A stretch of 63,215 bases of DNA, filler included, from Octopus bimaculoides (GCF_001194135.2; 4 parts of 4 records of this genome joined end to end with filler, not necessarily neighbours in it), one strand, 5' to 3'. Shown: positions 27,769 to 41,246, numbered from the whole stretch's first letter. Notes: generated by a model not told the origin, from the sequence alone. Made by a program: numbers and translations.

Positions 27769-28044
27769 CATGTGTGTGTGTGTGTGTGTGTGTGCGTGTG
27801 TGTATGTGTATAACAGGGTAGGAAGTCGAAGTATTTCAAACAGAGCACTCCACCCGAGCTGTCGAATTCCAGAATAATATTGAAATCCCTGATGCAGAAA
27901 ATACTGGTTTCAAAACGGCCTTTTATACTTACATATTAACACACTAAACCTCTTTCGCTCTCTTGTATTTCATACTAATTCTGCTACACTTTATGTGGAA
28001 TGATCTTTACTGTTTAGTGGGACTAAACAGATTCATCTTATTTA

Positions 28045-28732
28045 CTAGCCGAATAACCAGTCGTTGCGGGGCAATTTTTGCGATAAAATGTATTACATAA
28101 TTTTTTGTCTATTCCATGTCAGACCATGCTTTCCCCGACAGATGGGCCTCTTCATGGGGCCAGACTTGTGCAATTTTTCCAAAAAACTACGTTGAGGATT
28201 TTCTTTCCTTTTAAAATCATTATATCTCTGTTTGACCTTTTCACGTGACTTTATTCATTAAAAGTCATTAACATTTCAGATGTTCTTACAACTCTGATTG
28301 TAGTAATGCTTTGTTTGATTAATAAAATTCCCTCCTCCTAATGATTTTGCTTTCATTTTGTGATAAACAACTATCATGCAGAAAGTACTTGCTTCCAAAT
28401 CCTGTTTTCTGATTAGGTAAACATGATTGAATTTTAAATCTCAGTAACATTTTTTCCGCAATTTGTTTGAACAAATGGCACAGCCGTACATTACGTGTAA
28501 AACGCTATATTTAAAAATGTTGGCGTAATTTTAATCTCACAAAATTTGACAGCAACGATGAAGAACATACAAAAGTAGGAAGACAGAGAATTATAGGACG
28601 TGACACAGGCACACCCAGACACAGACACACACATTTACAAACGTTCACACAGGTAATCATGAGCTTAAAATGGAGTATAGTAGATATATGTATGTATGTA
28701 CATATGTACGTATGTACATATGTATGCATAGA

Positions 28733-28766
<34 letters not shown>

Positions 28767-29295
28767 CGTGTGTGGGTCTATGTGCGAGTGTTTCTTTGCG
28801 ATACATGCACAAAATTCACCTTCCTCCACTCCCCCTAAAGCTACGTATTCCTCACACAAACCTTTCCCCCTTTCCTGGACATTTTGAAAGTTACTTATGT
28901 GCATGTGTGTGCATGTGTGTGTGTATATGCATGTATCTATGTATTTAGGAAAGTGTGTACGCAGCGTCACGTGTATATGACATCTGTATTAATGTTAACA
29001 TCCCATTTCCACGCCATACTTGTCGCTTAGACAACGCTGGCCACCCCTTAAATGACATCAGTAATCGCAACTCTGTTACCATATTTCCTTCCCACTACTA
29101 CTCTTTGAACCCTTCTCATTTTATCATATACGTCCAACCCCACTAGGGCGCACATTATAGATTTTGTTTGAAATCAAATTAGCCTACTATTGAACTGGAT
29201 GTTCGTTTAACATGTATGCAAAGTTTGGTGAATATTGTCGCACCGGTTTAGGCAGATAGATGGTAACAGACAAACAACAAGAAAGAGAGATATTT

Positions 29296-29297
<2 letters not shown>
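28045..29297 (-). mobile_element. Non-autonomous Helitron-like element, interrupted by microsatellites
   Basis: Minus-strand 3' end GCCCCGCAACGACTGGTTATTCGG-CTAG|T (GC-rich hairpin-like segment + CTAG before T). The far end carries ATGCAAAGTTTGGTGAA..GTAACAGACAAAC, typical of the reverse of Helitron 5' ends. Whether both ends belong to one copy is inferred. Confidence 0.5.
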
Positions 29298-29331
<34 letters not shown>

Positions 29332-29724
29332 CCGCCATGTCTATACTTCACCAATTCAGGATTTTCTAAAATCTACGTTTGTAATACGCAAGCTATGCCT
29401 TAGGTACATACTACCTATTTCTCAATCCTTATTCCCAAAGTTCTCTTTAAGTTAAGTATTAACTCTTCACTTTTAATACTCTACTCCTTATTTCTACCAC
29501 TCTCTCTTGAGTCTATGTCACTGATTCCGGCTTATTTTAATTTTCATCTTAATCTTCTCTGCCATTACCCTCTCACTTGAATCATGTGGTTTATTGCCTA
29601 CGATGTTAGTACGTCCCCTACCACCTACAGCTCGATCTTCCTCTAGTCATTATCATCATTGATCTTGTTTGTATTGCCTCTCCCATACTGGGTGTCTCTT
29701 CTCTCATTATTGTTATTATTTTGG

Positions 29725-30560
29725 GGTTTCCCAGAAATATGTACGTAAGCTTTGTTACTATCTTTCTTCATCATTCCCAGGACAACCACAACAACGGAGA
29801 TGGTTTTGGTTTTTAATTGCCACGTCCTAGATGTCTCAATCTCAAGGTCCTTATATTTCGAGAATTTTTCTAATTCCTTTTACTGAGATGTTACTATCAT
29901 TAGGCACTGTCATATCAAAGAATAGGTATGTTTTTTTTTTATCTTAGGTCTTTGCTGACGTTAACATTTATTTGTCTATGTGTATGTATCCCATAATCTC
30001 ATAGGATGGTAACATTGTCCCGCTCAGAGACTGGCTCTGCATGGTTCTTATACCAGTTCTTACGATGTGGTATATCACAGCGACAGCATATGCTCTACTG
30101 CAAGTATTGGTCAACTCGATAATGCCTGATTATATATCCTGCAAGGGCAAGGATTGTGCAACCGGCAACCAGATGGTTAATAGTCTCAAGTTTGTCATTG
30201 GAGACACTACACTTTGTGTCTACCTTATTGTGTGTGATATTATCTTGATAGTTCCTGGTGAGGACCCTCTGATTTGAAGCTGCTAGGATAAATCTTTCTG
30301 CCTCGGCTTTCAAACAAACACTTTGCAGCCACAGGTGGGCTCTTCTCATAATTACATCAGCATCCCCTGATTTTGAGGGTATTGCCAATGCAATGGTTTC
30401 TTCTTGCTATAATGTCTCGACATTTCCTTCAAACTATATTCTTTGGATTTTGTCCTGCATAAGTTTGCTGTCTTAGTGTGTCCTGATTATTAATCATTAT
30501 GTCAGGAAGTTTAAGCTCTTGCCTGTATTGATATATCTCATTTCAGACTGAGTGCTGTTA
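29725..30560 (-). mobile_element. R4/Dong-type retrotransposon 3' fragment
   Basis: KKPLH.QYP, LKAEAERFILAA, TRNY, KC..ETINHLVAGC..Y..RH, WYKNH, FDMTVPNDSNISVKELEKFSKYKDLEIE..WQLKT (RLE). Preceded on - by (TAA)n at 30590-30700. Confidence 0.9.
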
Positions 30561-30636
30561 CATTGTTTGAGTTGCCTTACCAGCTCTATCATTATTATCA
30601 TTATTATGATTTCTATTTTATTTTTATTACCTTTTA

Positions 30637-30691
<55 letters not shown>

Positions 30692-30944
30692 ATTATTATT
30701 TTCATAATAATCTTCTTTCAATTTTGTTTCCCCTTCTAGCCGAGTGTCTTCCTCACACTCAGGGCAGAGAAACGCATTGTATACATTGGGAGGCCATTAA
30801 AATAAAAACACCAGATTGGATTGTTCATTTACTAAGTCATGTGATAGAGAAAAATGGGAAGAAAGAGAGAGAGAGAGAGCAAAAGGACAAAATAAGATCA
30901 AAAAATAAACAAAGAAAATTAAAGAGAATAAAAGAAAAGAAAAT

Positions 30945-31275
30945 TTCCGGTAACAATGCTCTTATCAACCTGTGTGACGTACCGGTTAAGACAAGCTTTT
31001 GCCCTTCCTGCATGGATGGTAAACCAGGGATCATACTTAAAAAAATTTCAGTTTCTTTCTTTGATCATTCCAAGTACTTCTACAATCACTGGTATTACAA
31101 CCGTATTGAGATGCTTCATCTTTTCGATTTCGATTAGCAAATCTTTATATTTTCTGAGCTTATCAATTTTTTTTGCCGAGATATTATGGTCACAGAGCTT
31201 GCTCATGTCAATCAATAAACAGGCTTTATTATTTTGGCCTTTCACAACAACATCTGGTTTATTTCATTTTGATGG
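30945..31275 (-). mobile_element. R4/Dong-type RLE/C-terminal fragment
   Basis: KPDVVV..CLLIDMS..DHNISAKKIDKLRKYKDLLIEIEKM..VIPVIVEVLGMI..IPGLPSMQEGQKLVLTGTSHRLIRAL. Confidence 0.88.
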
Positions 31276-31277
31276 TC

Positions 31278-31815
31278 AGATGCATGCCATCAAAGTGACA
31301 CTAGGGGTACATATGTACGAGTCCCATTATACCCATCATGATGACCCGGCTGATAAGGGTACACCAGGCGCATGTATCAAGACCATATCTGCGTGATATG
31401 GTGATTTTATGCCAAGAGAAGCAGCGCATGATTTTGCACGTGGGGCCCAGTTAGAAATTTCTTCAAATCGAGTAGCCCATACCTGTCAAAAGTTTCCTGA
31501 ATAAGGTTTGTTTAAGGATCATGAATAAAGCACCCATGATTCCAGAGGTGAATTATTCAAACTTCAAAGCATTTCTCTTAACACATGGCTATGATGCTCT
31601 CCCAATATATCTGCTCATGATCAGAGATGCACATAGTGTCAACTACTGTGTCCCTTAGTGTCAACTAAGGGACATGCTGAACTGATTACGGTCAAACAAC
31701 TGACGAGCAAATCTGTGGTATTGAGTAGAATATTTGCTGTAGCCCATTTTTTTAGAACAAGACAGAACAATGTACATGATAACACTTCCGGTCAGTTAAG
31801 ATCAAAAGCCGTGTT
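31278..31815 (-). mobile_element. Dong-type 3' UTR (UTR type B)
   Basis: Shares ATGCCATCAAAGTGACACT..CCCATTATACCCATCATGA..GTACACCAGGC with 32598-32735, where that sequence directly follows a Dong C-terminus and ends in (AAT)n on -. Confidence 0.7.
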
Positions 31816-32147
31816 ATTCATTGCCTGCTTATTGTTATTGTTATCATATTTAATACTAATAGAATTGTCTTTATTAATATCATTAGGAATGATGACAGTA
31901 TTGTTACTATTATCATTTCCATCGCATTGTTTGTATTGTTGCTGTCGTTGTTGTTATTGCTCTTAATCATCATAATTGTTTCCCTCGTTGTTATTTTTTT
32001 ATTTACTTTATTATTAGTTCTACACCGAAATAATTTTTCAACTTTTCCATTGTAATTTCAGACTGGTGTTTATAGGATCATCCGTTATGGTCCACATTAC
32101 CCCCGCTTCTTCCTTCCGGCTATTCGTTTGCGCTCTCTCTTTAAAAT

Positions 32148-32256
32148 TCTTCTTCTTCTTCTTCTTCTTCTTCTTCTTCTTCTTNNNNNNNNNNCTTCTT
32201 CTTCTTCTTCTTCTTCTTCTTCTTCTTCTTCTTCTTCTTCTTCTTCTTCTTCTTCT
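32148..32256. repeat. (CTT)n/(GAA)n trinucleotide array
   Basis: Direct reading, with a 10-N gap inside. Confidence 0.95.
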
Positions 32257-32274
32257 CATAATCGTCATTATTAT

Positions 32275-32522
32275 TATTTTGGCTTGTGGATAGCGCGTTA
32301 CTACCTGTGACCTTATATATCCATACATTTTCAACAGTCTTTCAAGGGCTTGGGACCCACCTGATTATTCCAGCTGTCCCTAATAGAAAACACTCTGTAA
32401 GAGCTCTGACGGGTATTCCATTTCAACCGCCTCCAGGCTATTTGTCTATATAGTGCTTTACTGTTCCAAATGTACCAATTTTTATAGTCATGAACTTTAC
32501 TGTTTGCATGTTCCAAATTCTT
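32275..32522 (-). mobile_element. Dong-type extreme C-terminal fragment
   Basis: RIWNMQTVKFMTIKIGTFGTV..FLLGTAGIIRWV. Flanked on - by (TAA)n at 32525-32580 and a short TAA run at about 32260-32280. Confidence 0.75.
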
Positions 32523-32525
32523 CCA

Positions 32526-32579
<54 letters not shown>

Positions 32580-32581
32580 GA

Positions 32582-32870
32582 ATGAATGAATGAGCAGCGC
32601 ATGCCATCAAAGTGACACTGGGGTAAAATATACGAAGCCCATTATACCCATCATGACTACCCGTCTGATAAGTGTACACCAGGCACAGGAATCACAACCA
32701 TGTGTGCGCCAAATGGTGATCTCATATCAAGTAAACAGCGCAGAGGCACATGTTTTACTACTCCTGCTTCAAGAACCCTGTGAAAAATTCTTGCAGTTCC
32801 AAACAATGCTGATTTTTATAGGTGTTCTACCTTCACACTTGCAGCGGTCTTTTTCAGCCATGATGGTAGT
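32582..32870 (-). mobile_element. 5'-truncated Dong 3' end with shortened UTR type B
   Basis: WLKKTAASVKVEHL*KSALFGTARIFHRVLEA, then UTR ending ..GATGGCATGCGCTGCTCATTCATTC-(AAT)n. TAA-type repeats on both sides. Confidence 0.85.
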
Positions 32871-32925
32871 TGAGTGATTATAATTATAATTATCATTATT
32901 ATTATTGTTGTTAATAATAATAATG

Positions 32926-32973
<48 letters not shown>

Positions 32974-33017
32974 TAAAAATAAAACTACTGAACAATAATA
33001 ATAATAATAATAATAAT

Positions 33018-34100
33018 TTTCGAGAATCATCCAGAGTATTGGAGTGGGCTGAAGCAGTGCTGTTTTCTGAAATTGCTCCACCTTTATTGCAGCCCCTATT
33101 TGTTCCATGTACTTCACAAGATTTTTACTCACATTTTCCAGGGCTCCGAAAATTAGTGGTACTACTACCACATGTTTCAGCGACCACAGCTGCTTAATAT
33201 CTTTCGACTTTTCTTTCTTCCTTATCGCATACGTTGTTGTCAGCCGGGCATGCTATATCTATGATCCTGCATTGGGTGCTTTCTTTCTCAATTAACACTA
33301 TATCTGGTTTCCTATTCTCTATGTCATAGCTGCACTGAATTATAAAAATCCAATAGGTTCTTTGCATTGTCATAAAACCTTCGAGTTTATGTTCGTACCA
33401 CTTTTTTACTCTGTCAAATCCATACTTGTTGCACACTGTCCAATGGACAATCCTTGCTATATTGTCTTGACGTCTCTTATATTATTTCTGAGCTAGTGGC
33501 GTACATTGACTGGTAATATGCCATACGGTTTCACCATTTTGTCCACAAATTCTGCATTTATCACTTTCTGATACGTTGTCTTTTCTGTATTTGCTCCAAT
33601 TGGTTTTTAATGCTTGCACTTGAGCAGCACTGATAAGAACCTCCGTTTCCGGTTTTAAATCATCTTTTTTCACCCATAGCCATCTTCTTTTTCAAACTGT
33701 CTTATCTTCAACATCCCTATGAAATTGTCCATGCATTCTCTTCCTTATCCGCCTATTTTCATTTTTATTCCTTCTCAAGTCCTTGTACAGTGCTTTATCT
33801 TTGCAATCTTCCATCCTACAAAAGCCTGACCTTCTTACTTTCAATAATATATTGTTTTCTTCTGCTGTAATGCTGTGTTCGCATGAATTCAGTCCGCTTT
33901 CCTCTTTTTTCTTGGTATATACAGTCTGTCTGTGTCACTTTTTGGGTTGAGTATCCCGTATCTAGTCAGCAACTTTCTTGTGCGTCAGTCTAAGCTGTGT
34001 AGGTCGTCCACTGTTCATGTGATTACCCCTGCTCCATATCTACGTAGTGAAAGCGCACTGGTATTGATAGCCTCAATCTTATTCCATCCGTTTCATTGTT
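33018..34100 (-). mobile_element. R4/Dong-type retrotransposon 3' 1.1 kb (post-RT, CCHC, RLE)
   Basis: NKIEAINT..KSDTDRLYIPR..MHGQF..LKPETEVLISAAQ..CRICGQNGETVWHITSQC..WYEH..NRKPDIVLI..IIDIACPADNNV..VVVVPLIFGAL. Starts right after (TAA)n at 34105-34185 on -. Confidence 0.93.
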
Positions 34101-34103
34101 ACG

Positions 34104-34156
<53 letters not shown>

Positions 34157-34643
34157 GATTATTATTATTATTATCATTATTATTCATGTTTTACTTCTCC
34201 CGTATTCTCCTTTCATTCCTATTGCTTTTTCATTCACTATCCATACTTTTATCGATATTGGCATTGATGGTATATTGATGGTATATTTGCCCTGTTCATA
34301 TCAAAGTCTGCTTATATTTTCATGTTTATTTACTACTTGTGTCCTCCCGACATAAGCAAAGCTCAAGGTCAGGCAGCGGCACAACTTAAAAGCGAATCTT
34401 TAATGCACGTCTACGGTAAGTGTCACTCTAAATTTTAAAACTGGATATACTACGTCAATTTTTCCCTCGGACATTTTGCATGAACTGAACAGAGTTCATA
34501 CAGATATAACACTAAATGATCATTAAAGATCTATTAAAGCCTTCTTTTGACTTCTTAGTCATATATATATATGTATGTAAGTATGTTTGTATGTATGTAA
34601 GTATGTATGTATGTATCTATGTATATATATATAGATAGATAAA

Positions 34644-37497
34644 ACAATGTTTTATACACAGCTAAGAGCCATACTTAGAAAAATCCCCAATTCTGATAAA
34701 GTCATTCTACTGGGAGATTTTAATGCCAGAGTTGGAACAGACTGGCAAACATGGAACTCTCTAGGACGTTTTGGAGTAGGGAAAATGAATAACAATGGTC
34801 TCATGCTGTTAGAGCTTTCTGATGAACCTGGACTTTACATCACAAGCACTCATTTTATGCACAAAGGTGATCACACAACAACATGGATGCATCCAAGGTC
34901 CAAAGTTTGGAACTTGCTGGATTATGTCATCAACCGCAAGCGCGACATTTATGACATTTGTAATGTCAAGTCCTTCCATGGATCAGAATGCTGGACAGAC
35001 CACAGTCTGGTGCGAGCAAATTTCCGAATGGTAATTAGAGTAAAAGAGAGAAGAGGACCAGTCAGTATTCCTCGCCGTCTAAATGTCCACAAGGTATATG
35101 ATGTTGTGGTTAGGAAAGAACTTCAGACTCGCTTGTCCAGTATTGAAACTGCTGCAGCATTGGAGGACTTTCGAGACCACGTTCTACAATGTGCAGCCGA
35201 AACGCTGGAATATGTAACTGCCAGACGCAGAGACTGATTTGACGAGAATGATGTTGAAGTTCAGCAATTATTGGTGGTAAAGCGCCATGTTCGCAGTGTA
35301 TTGCTACACAGAGAACTGTCTACTGTGCAGCGAAGTCTAGCACTTGCCCACTATAACAGTGTAAAATCTCTATTGCAGCGATCTCTCAGGAAGATGCAGA
35401 ACACTTAGTGGGAGGATCTTGCTCGTGATGTTCAGCCTGCTGCTGATGCAAATGACAGCAAGAAGCTTTACCATCTTATGAAGCGAGCCTATAGACATAA
35501 GAGCTCCACATCAGCTCCTTTGCTTTCCAAGGAGTCTTCCACCCTGTTTACTAAATCAACAGAAATCACAGGTCGCTGGATCGAACACTTCTCTGAACTC
35601 CTAAACCATGAATCAGTTGTGGATGAAACAGTGATTGATACTATGCAACAAAGACCTATCATTGGCTTCTTAGACTCTTCGCCCTCAATAGATGAAGTAA
35701 TGACAACAATAAGTAAATTGAATCTTTGTAGGGCACCTGGAAAGGATGGAATTTGTGCTGAGGTCTTGCGATTTGGTGGTAATTACATCACACAGTCTCT
35801 TCATGAACATATTAGTGCAGTCTTGAGGGATGGTGCAATCCCTAAGGACTGGAAGGATGCAATTATTCTTCCCCTATATAAAGGAAAAGGAGACAGAACA
35901 ATGTGTAGTAACTACAGAGGTATTGCTCTATTATCAGCTGCTGGCAAGGTTCTGGCAAATATTCTTCTTACCCGTCTGAATGGCTGTCTCGTAAATGATG
36001 TCCTATCTGAATCTCAATGTGGCTCCCGATCTCGTAGAGGGACAATGGATATGATTTTCACAGCAAGACAGATGCTGGAGAAGTGCTATGAGCAGAATAT
36101 GGATGTTGTCCAGATATTCATTGATTTAACAAAGGCCTTTGATACTGTAAATAGGGCCTTTCTGTAGAAAATACTTGGCAAACTTGGATGTCCGCATCAC
36201 TTTATATCTATAATTAAATCATTTCATGATGGGATGGAGGCTTGAGTCCCTGTTGGTGATGGCATGGCGGGACCCATTCCTGTAGAGAATGGTGTCAAGC
36301 AGGGTGACATCCTTGCCCCAACTTTCTTTTCTTCGTGCTTTGCTGTTGCTTTTACTCATGCTATTACTAAGCTTAGCTCTCTGGGAATATATGTCATATA
36401 TCTTCTGGTCGCCTCTTTAATCTTCGCCGATTTGCTGCCTATTCAAAGGTTCTCCAGTCTATTATTCGTGACCTCCTTTATGCAGATGACTGTGACTTAG
36501 TCACTCATACAGTGGATGACATGCGAATACTCATGAATTGGATTTCTGCTTCTTGCAAGGCATTTGGACTTGGCATTAGCCTCGACAAGACTGTTGTAAA
36601 GTTCCAGCCTGCACCAGGAAATCCATATGTGAAACCAGCTATCTTGGTTGAAGGAACAATTCTGAAGGTAGTAGACAAGTTTGTCTACCTGGGCAGCAAA
36701 CTCAGCCGTTCTTGCTCCCTGAATGAGGAAATATGTTTCAGATTGCAGAGAGCAACTAATCCCTTCCGGTCTCTTCAGTCTCGTGTCTGATCCCAGCATG
36801 GCATATCAAGGCAAACAAAAGTTGCTGTGTACCGTGCATGTGTACTGACAGCGCTCCTCTACTCGTGTAAAACATGGACTCTGTACAAACGTCAGGTAAG
36901 GGTCCTTGAACGCTTTTATCAGAGATGTCTCAGGCACATTCTCAATATTGGGTGGACCTCAAAGATTCCAGACACACAGATCCTGAGGACAGCTGATATC
37001 TTGAGTATTGAGGCGATGGTGCACAAGCACCAGTTACGTTGGACTGGATACCTTATTATAATGAAGGATAGCAGGATTCCTAAGCAGATGCTCTATGGAG
37101 AACTTGTGAATAGAAGGAGACTCCGGCAGAAACCAATACTGCGCTTTAAGGACTGTATCAAGTCCTCATTAAAGGCATGTGATATGCAGGACACTGACTG
37201 GGAGAACAATGCCTCATCGCCACGGATGGAGGAAGCAGGTTAAAGAGGGGATCGACACTTTTGAGAGAGCACGTGTCCAGCATGAAGAACTTAAGCGAGC
37301 TTCGCGAAAGCGCACGGCTCATATAGTGAATGGGGAAAGCTTAATCTGCAATGTTTGCAGTCGTGTATGCTTATCAATAGCAGGGCTCATTAGCCACCAA
37401 CGGAGCCGCAAATGCAAAATATAAGTTAGTCTTAGATCGCAGAATGTTCCTGGAGGTCGGCAATGGTCTTCCTCGGTCACGAGTGGATGGCCATCAT
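34644..37497 (+). mobile_element. 5'-truncated RTE-clade LINE, ORF2 pseudogene (APE + RT + C-terminal Zn finger)
   Basis: APE GDFNARVG, TTWMHPRSK, LDYVI, TDH; RT NYRGIALLS, DLTKAFDTV, GVKQG, YADD (36479-36490), FVYLGS; C-terminal CNVCSRVCLSIAGLISHQR. In-frame stops at 35235, 35406, 36165, 36243, 36788 plus frameshifts. Both ends lie in TA-rich microsatellite. Confidence 0.97.
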
Positions 37498-40400
37498 ATA
37501 TATAAATATATATATATATATANNNNNNNNNNNNNNNNNNNNNNNNNNNNNNNNNNNNNNNNNNNNNNNNNNNNNNNNNNNNNNNNNNNNNNNNNNNNNN
37601 NNNNNNNNNNNNNNNNNNNNNNNNNNNNNNNNNNNNNNNNNNNNNNNNNNNNNNNNNNNNNNNNNNNNNNNNNNNNNNNNNNNNNNNNNNNNNNNNNNNN
37701 NNNNNNNNNNNNNNNNNNNTATATATATGTGTACAGAGAGATAGAGAGATAGAGAGAATGGAAAAGTGTACAGTGAACTTGCTGTGAGGAGTGGAATATC
37801 CAATGCTTCGGATTCAATCCCACGTCATGGGGGAAGAGAAAAGGAGGAGATAAAAAGAAAAATGTTTACATCCCCTCAGCTTGAAAACCTGGCTGCAACT
37901 GATAAGTTTAGTTTGTATACGTACATCCAGATTGTGCAAAGTACAATGAATACCACAGTATTCGTAAGAGGCCATTCTGATATACAACATTAAATATTAA
38001 TGATGATGGATTAAAACCATTGAGCTACATTAATTGTATCTGCAATTTAGCTTGGGATCACTGAATATTCAGAAACTGGCTCTTATGCTATGATATCCGG
38101 ACATGCTTTAAGCCTTCTCGTCCCATCAGCTCATTTTTCACTTGAACCACAAACGTCTACCAAAGACGGAATCCATTGCAGTCATGAGTTGACATCATAC
38201 TCTGCTCGAATTTTAATCCGTCTGTAAGCATCACCATGACGATGAAATACTGATAACCATTTGATCAATGTTAATTCATACCTGACTAATAACTGTACGG
38301 ATGTAAATTAACACCCATCAGATCGATAATGGCTTTCGATGATTTCATTTTAAATTAACAAATCTGTTACCTTACGCTTGACAATATAGGTTCGTTTCAA
38401 CAAGAAAATATACTGGTCGTTGTTTCATGTGAATGATATAATACCAAAAGGATTTCCAATTATCTGTTTTAGCAGACACATTACATATGTACGAGCTTAT
38501 GCAGATGAACGCGTGTGAATCATTGAGCGTGCGAATAGATATACAAGTAGTAAAGAAATATTTATTGTGGTATATGTATTCTATATGTACAACATATATA
38601 NNNNNNNNNNNNNNNNNNNNNNNNNNNNNNNNNNNNNNNNNNNNNNNNNNNNNNNNNNNNNNNNNNNNNNNNNNNNNNNNNNNNNNNNNNNNNNNNNNNN
38701 NNNNNNNNNNNNNNNNNNNNNNNNNNNNNNNNNNNNNNNNNTGTTTGTATGTGTGTGTGTGTTTTTAAACTATTATCTCTACACTAATGTTTCCAAAGTT
38801 TCTTACACTGTGAATTCAAAAAGCGTGTTCTTTTCTTTTTAATCTGAATGTCTCTTCATATATAGCTTACATGTTTGCCGTATTTATTTCAGTCGTAAGT
38901 GATTTTCCCAAGTTCATTGTTTTTTTAACTTGCAAGACTATATTTCGTTTGGACCCAGTAGAAATATCGCATAAATGAAGTTTTCATAAATTTACTAGAG
39001 AACAATATGAGTTACAAATCAAACTAATCGATACTGTTCTCTATTTTGCGTGGATGTTCAACTTTTAAGATAGTTTGAATTATTTACATTCTCTACAAAT
39101 GCTCGAATTTCTGCGAAGTTTACTAGTATTATTTTATTTGCGTACCTGTACGACTTAACATCATACGATTAAGAGTCACTGATTAAACGCGTGATTTTTT
39201 GACAAAATCATGTCAACCGCATCCATTTGCTGGAAGTTAATGGAATTGTTAATGCCGAGAAATACACTACAAACTTGCTCCGTCATAAACTGATTCTGTT
39301 ACTCATATTTTCTTTTCGTGTATTCACTGCTGTTCCACGATACTCCACATTCTTCATAAATCCCAGTAAAATATATGTACGAAATGTTAAGTAATTGATT
39401 CTCTCGGTTCTTTATTTTTTTTACTTAGCTGATACATGACTAATTTCAGCGTCACTATTCATATATCGGCAGTATTGTAACATTTATAAGCGTATATTTA
39501 CTTCAGTCGCTGTGTATTGTTCTGCATTGGGTAAGATTGCAAAATTTAATCATCCTGCCAAAGTAAGCATTGTCTCACATCACATACCGGGGTTGAGATA
39601 AAGTTTTAGAAATTTCTGCAATTCCTAAAAGAATCATTTTATTTCGTTATAAATGCAGTCCATGTTAATAATGAGTATTTTTATGCAATTCTAGAATTTT
39701 GGAAATTTTTATGGATTAGTGAGAATTAATAGATGAATCAATATGTGTTCAATTATTGATATTTCACATCGATCCACCAGAAACGATTGTTTAAAACTCC
39801 TGTATATCTAAATTTTATAAAGACTATAATCTTTGTAGATTAGTGAGGGAATCTCTTTAATTACTCTGTTAATTATTAAGCATATAGTAATTTCTATTTT
39901 CTATCCCAGAAGCAAAATATTGAAATCAATGAACGAAATCAATTTAGATATCGTTCATAGATGACATTTGTGTAGAATGTTCCAAGACATAAAACTATAA
40001 AATTGGTCGCGATAATATTTCTATTTGAAACAAAGGCCACAGAAATTTATCGGTGCATTTCACATTTTTTTCCTACTGAAGGCTCTCCGGCAACTCATAA
40101 CCAATAATCTAAGCTAGGCATTCATATGGAACACAATTTTTAGAAAGGCTGCTGGCTTCTTCCCATTTGGAATTAATTGCCGATTTGAAACAAAAAATCT
40201 TATTAACACTAGACATAGTTTAAAGGCATATCGTCCTTTATTAGAACTATAATGTATGTGAGTGAAATCGATAATTTGAAAATCCGATTTAACCGCAATA
40301 ATAATAATGGTATTTCTTTCAATAACAATAGCAACAACAACAATTCAAGTAACAAAAGGTACATTTGTTCTTACGACTTGCACTTTTCAGTATATTTTCA

Positions 40401-41088
40401 ATAAAATTTCAGTTTTGGTGAGATTATAGCACAACTGGAATACAAAAACGTGGCAAGCTGTTTTATATCCATAAATTATAGAAGTCTACTCAAACAGTTC
40501 ATCGATTTCGTTTGCCATGAAAATAAACAACAGTAAAAAAAATGAAAATAACATCAGTAAATATGTCGGCCGAAGGATAAGAAAATAAATCAATTTTTTC
40601 ATAGTAAATGGGTGAAGAGATCTGTGAAAGAATGTAACTAGATCTAATGAACAATGTGGTACACACATTATTATATTTAATGTTTTCTGTTCATTGATAT
40701 AATGTATACACATTATATACGGGTGGGAGGCAGCATGTGTGTCCTACTAAGTGTTTGTCTGTCTGCCTTTATGCGCTTGTGTTTGAACAGTGTGTCGATT
40801 TGCATGTTTTGTTTTATATTTATTAAAACGTATATTTCTCTCTTCGATATTTTCATCTGTCAGATATTTCAATAAAGCCATTTAATTACGATACTAAGGT
40901 ATGTAGGCAGATCGTGGAAAGAAGATTTTCATAATAATAGCTTCTGCTGGAAGCCTCAATAAAACGACGTTAGTAGTCTCCAGAAGAGAATTTCGCCCCT
41001 CCCCCCCACACACGTACACGTACATATGCGTTTATATGTCTGTGTGCGTATCTGTATGCATATGTATCTGTATATGTATATATGTAAG

Positions 41089-41149
<61 letters not shown>

Positions 41150-41202
41150 NNNNNNNNNNAATCTATTTTTTGCATATATATTTTTATATATAGTACTATT
41201 TA

Positions 41203-41246
<44 letters not shown>

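Noticed and set aside
32525-34185. CRISPR-like repeat-spacer array
   Set aside because: The repeats are variable-length TAA microsatellites and the spacers are retrotransposon fragments of 20 bp to over 1 kb. The context is eukaryotic and there are no cas genes.
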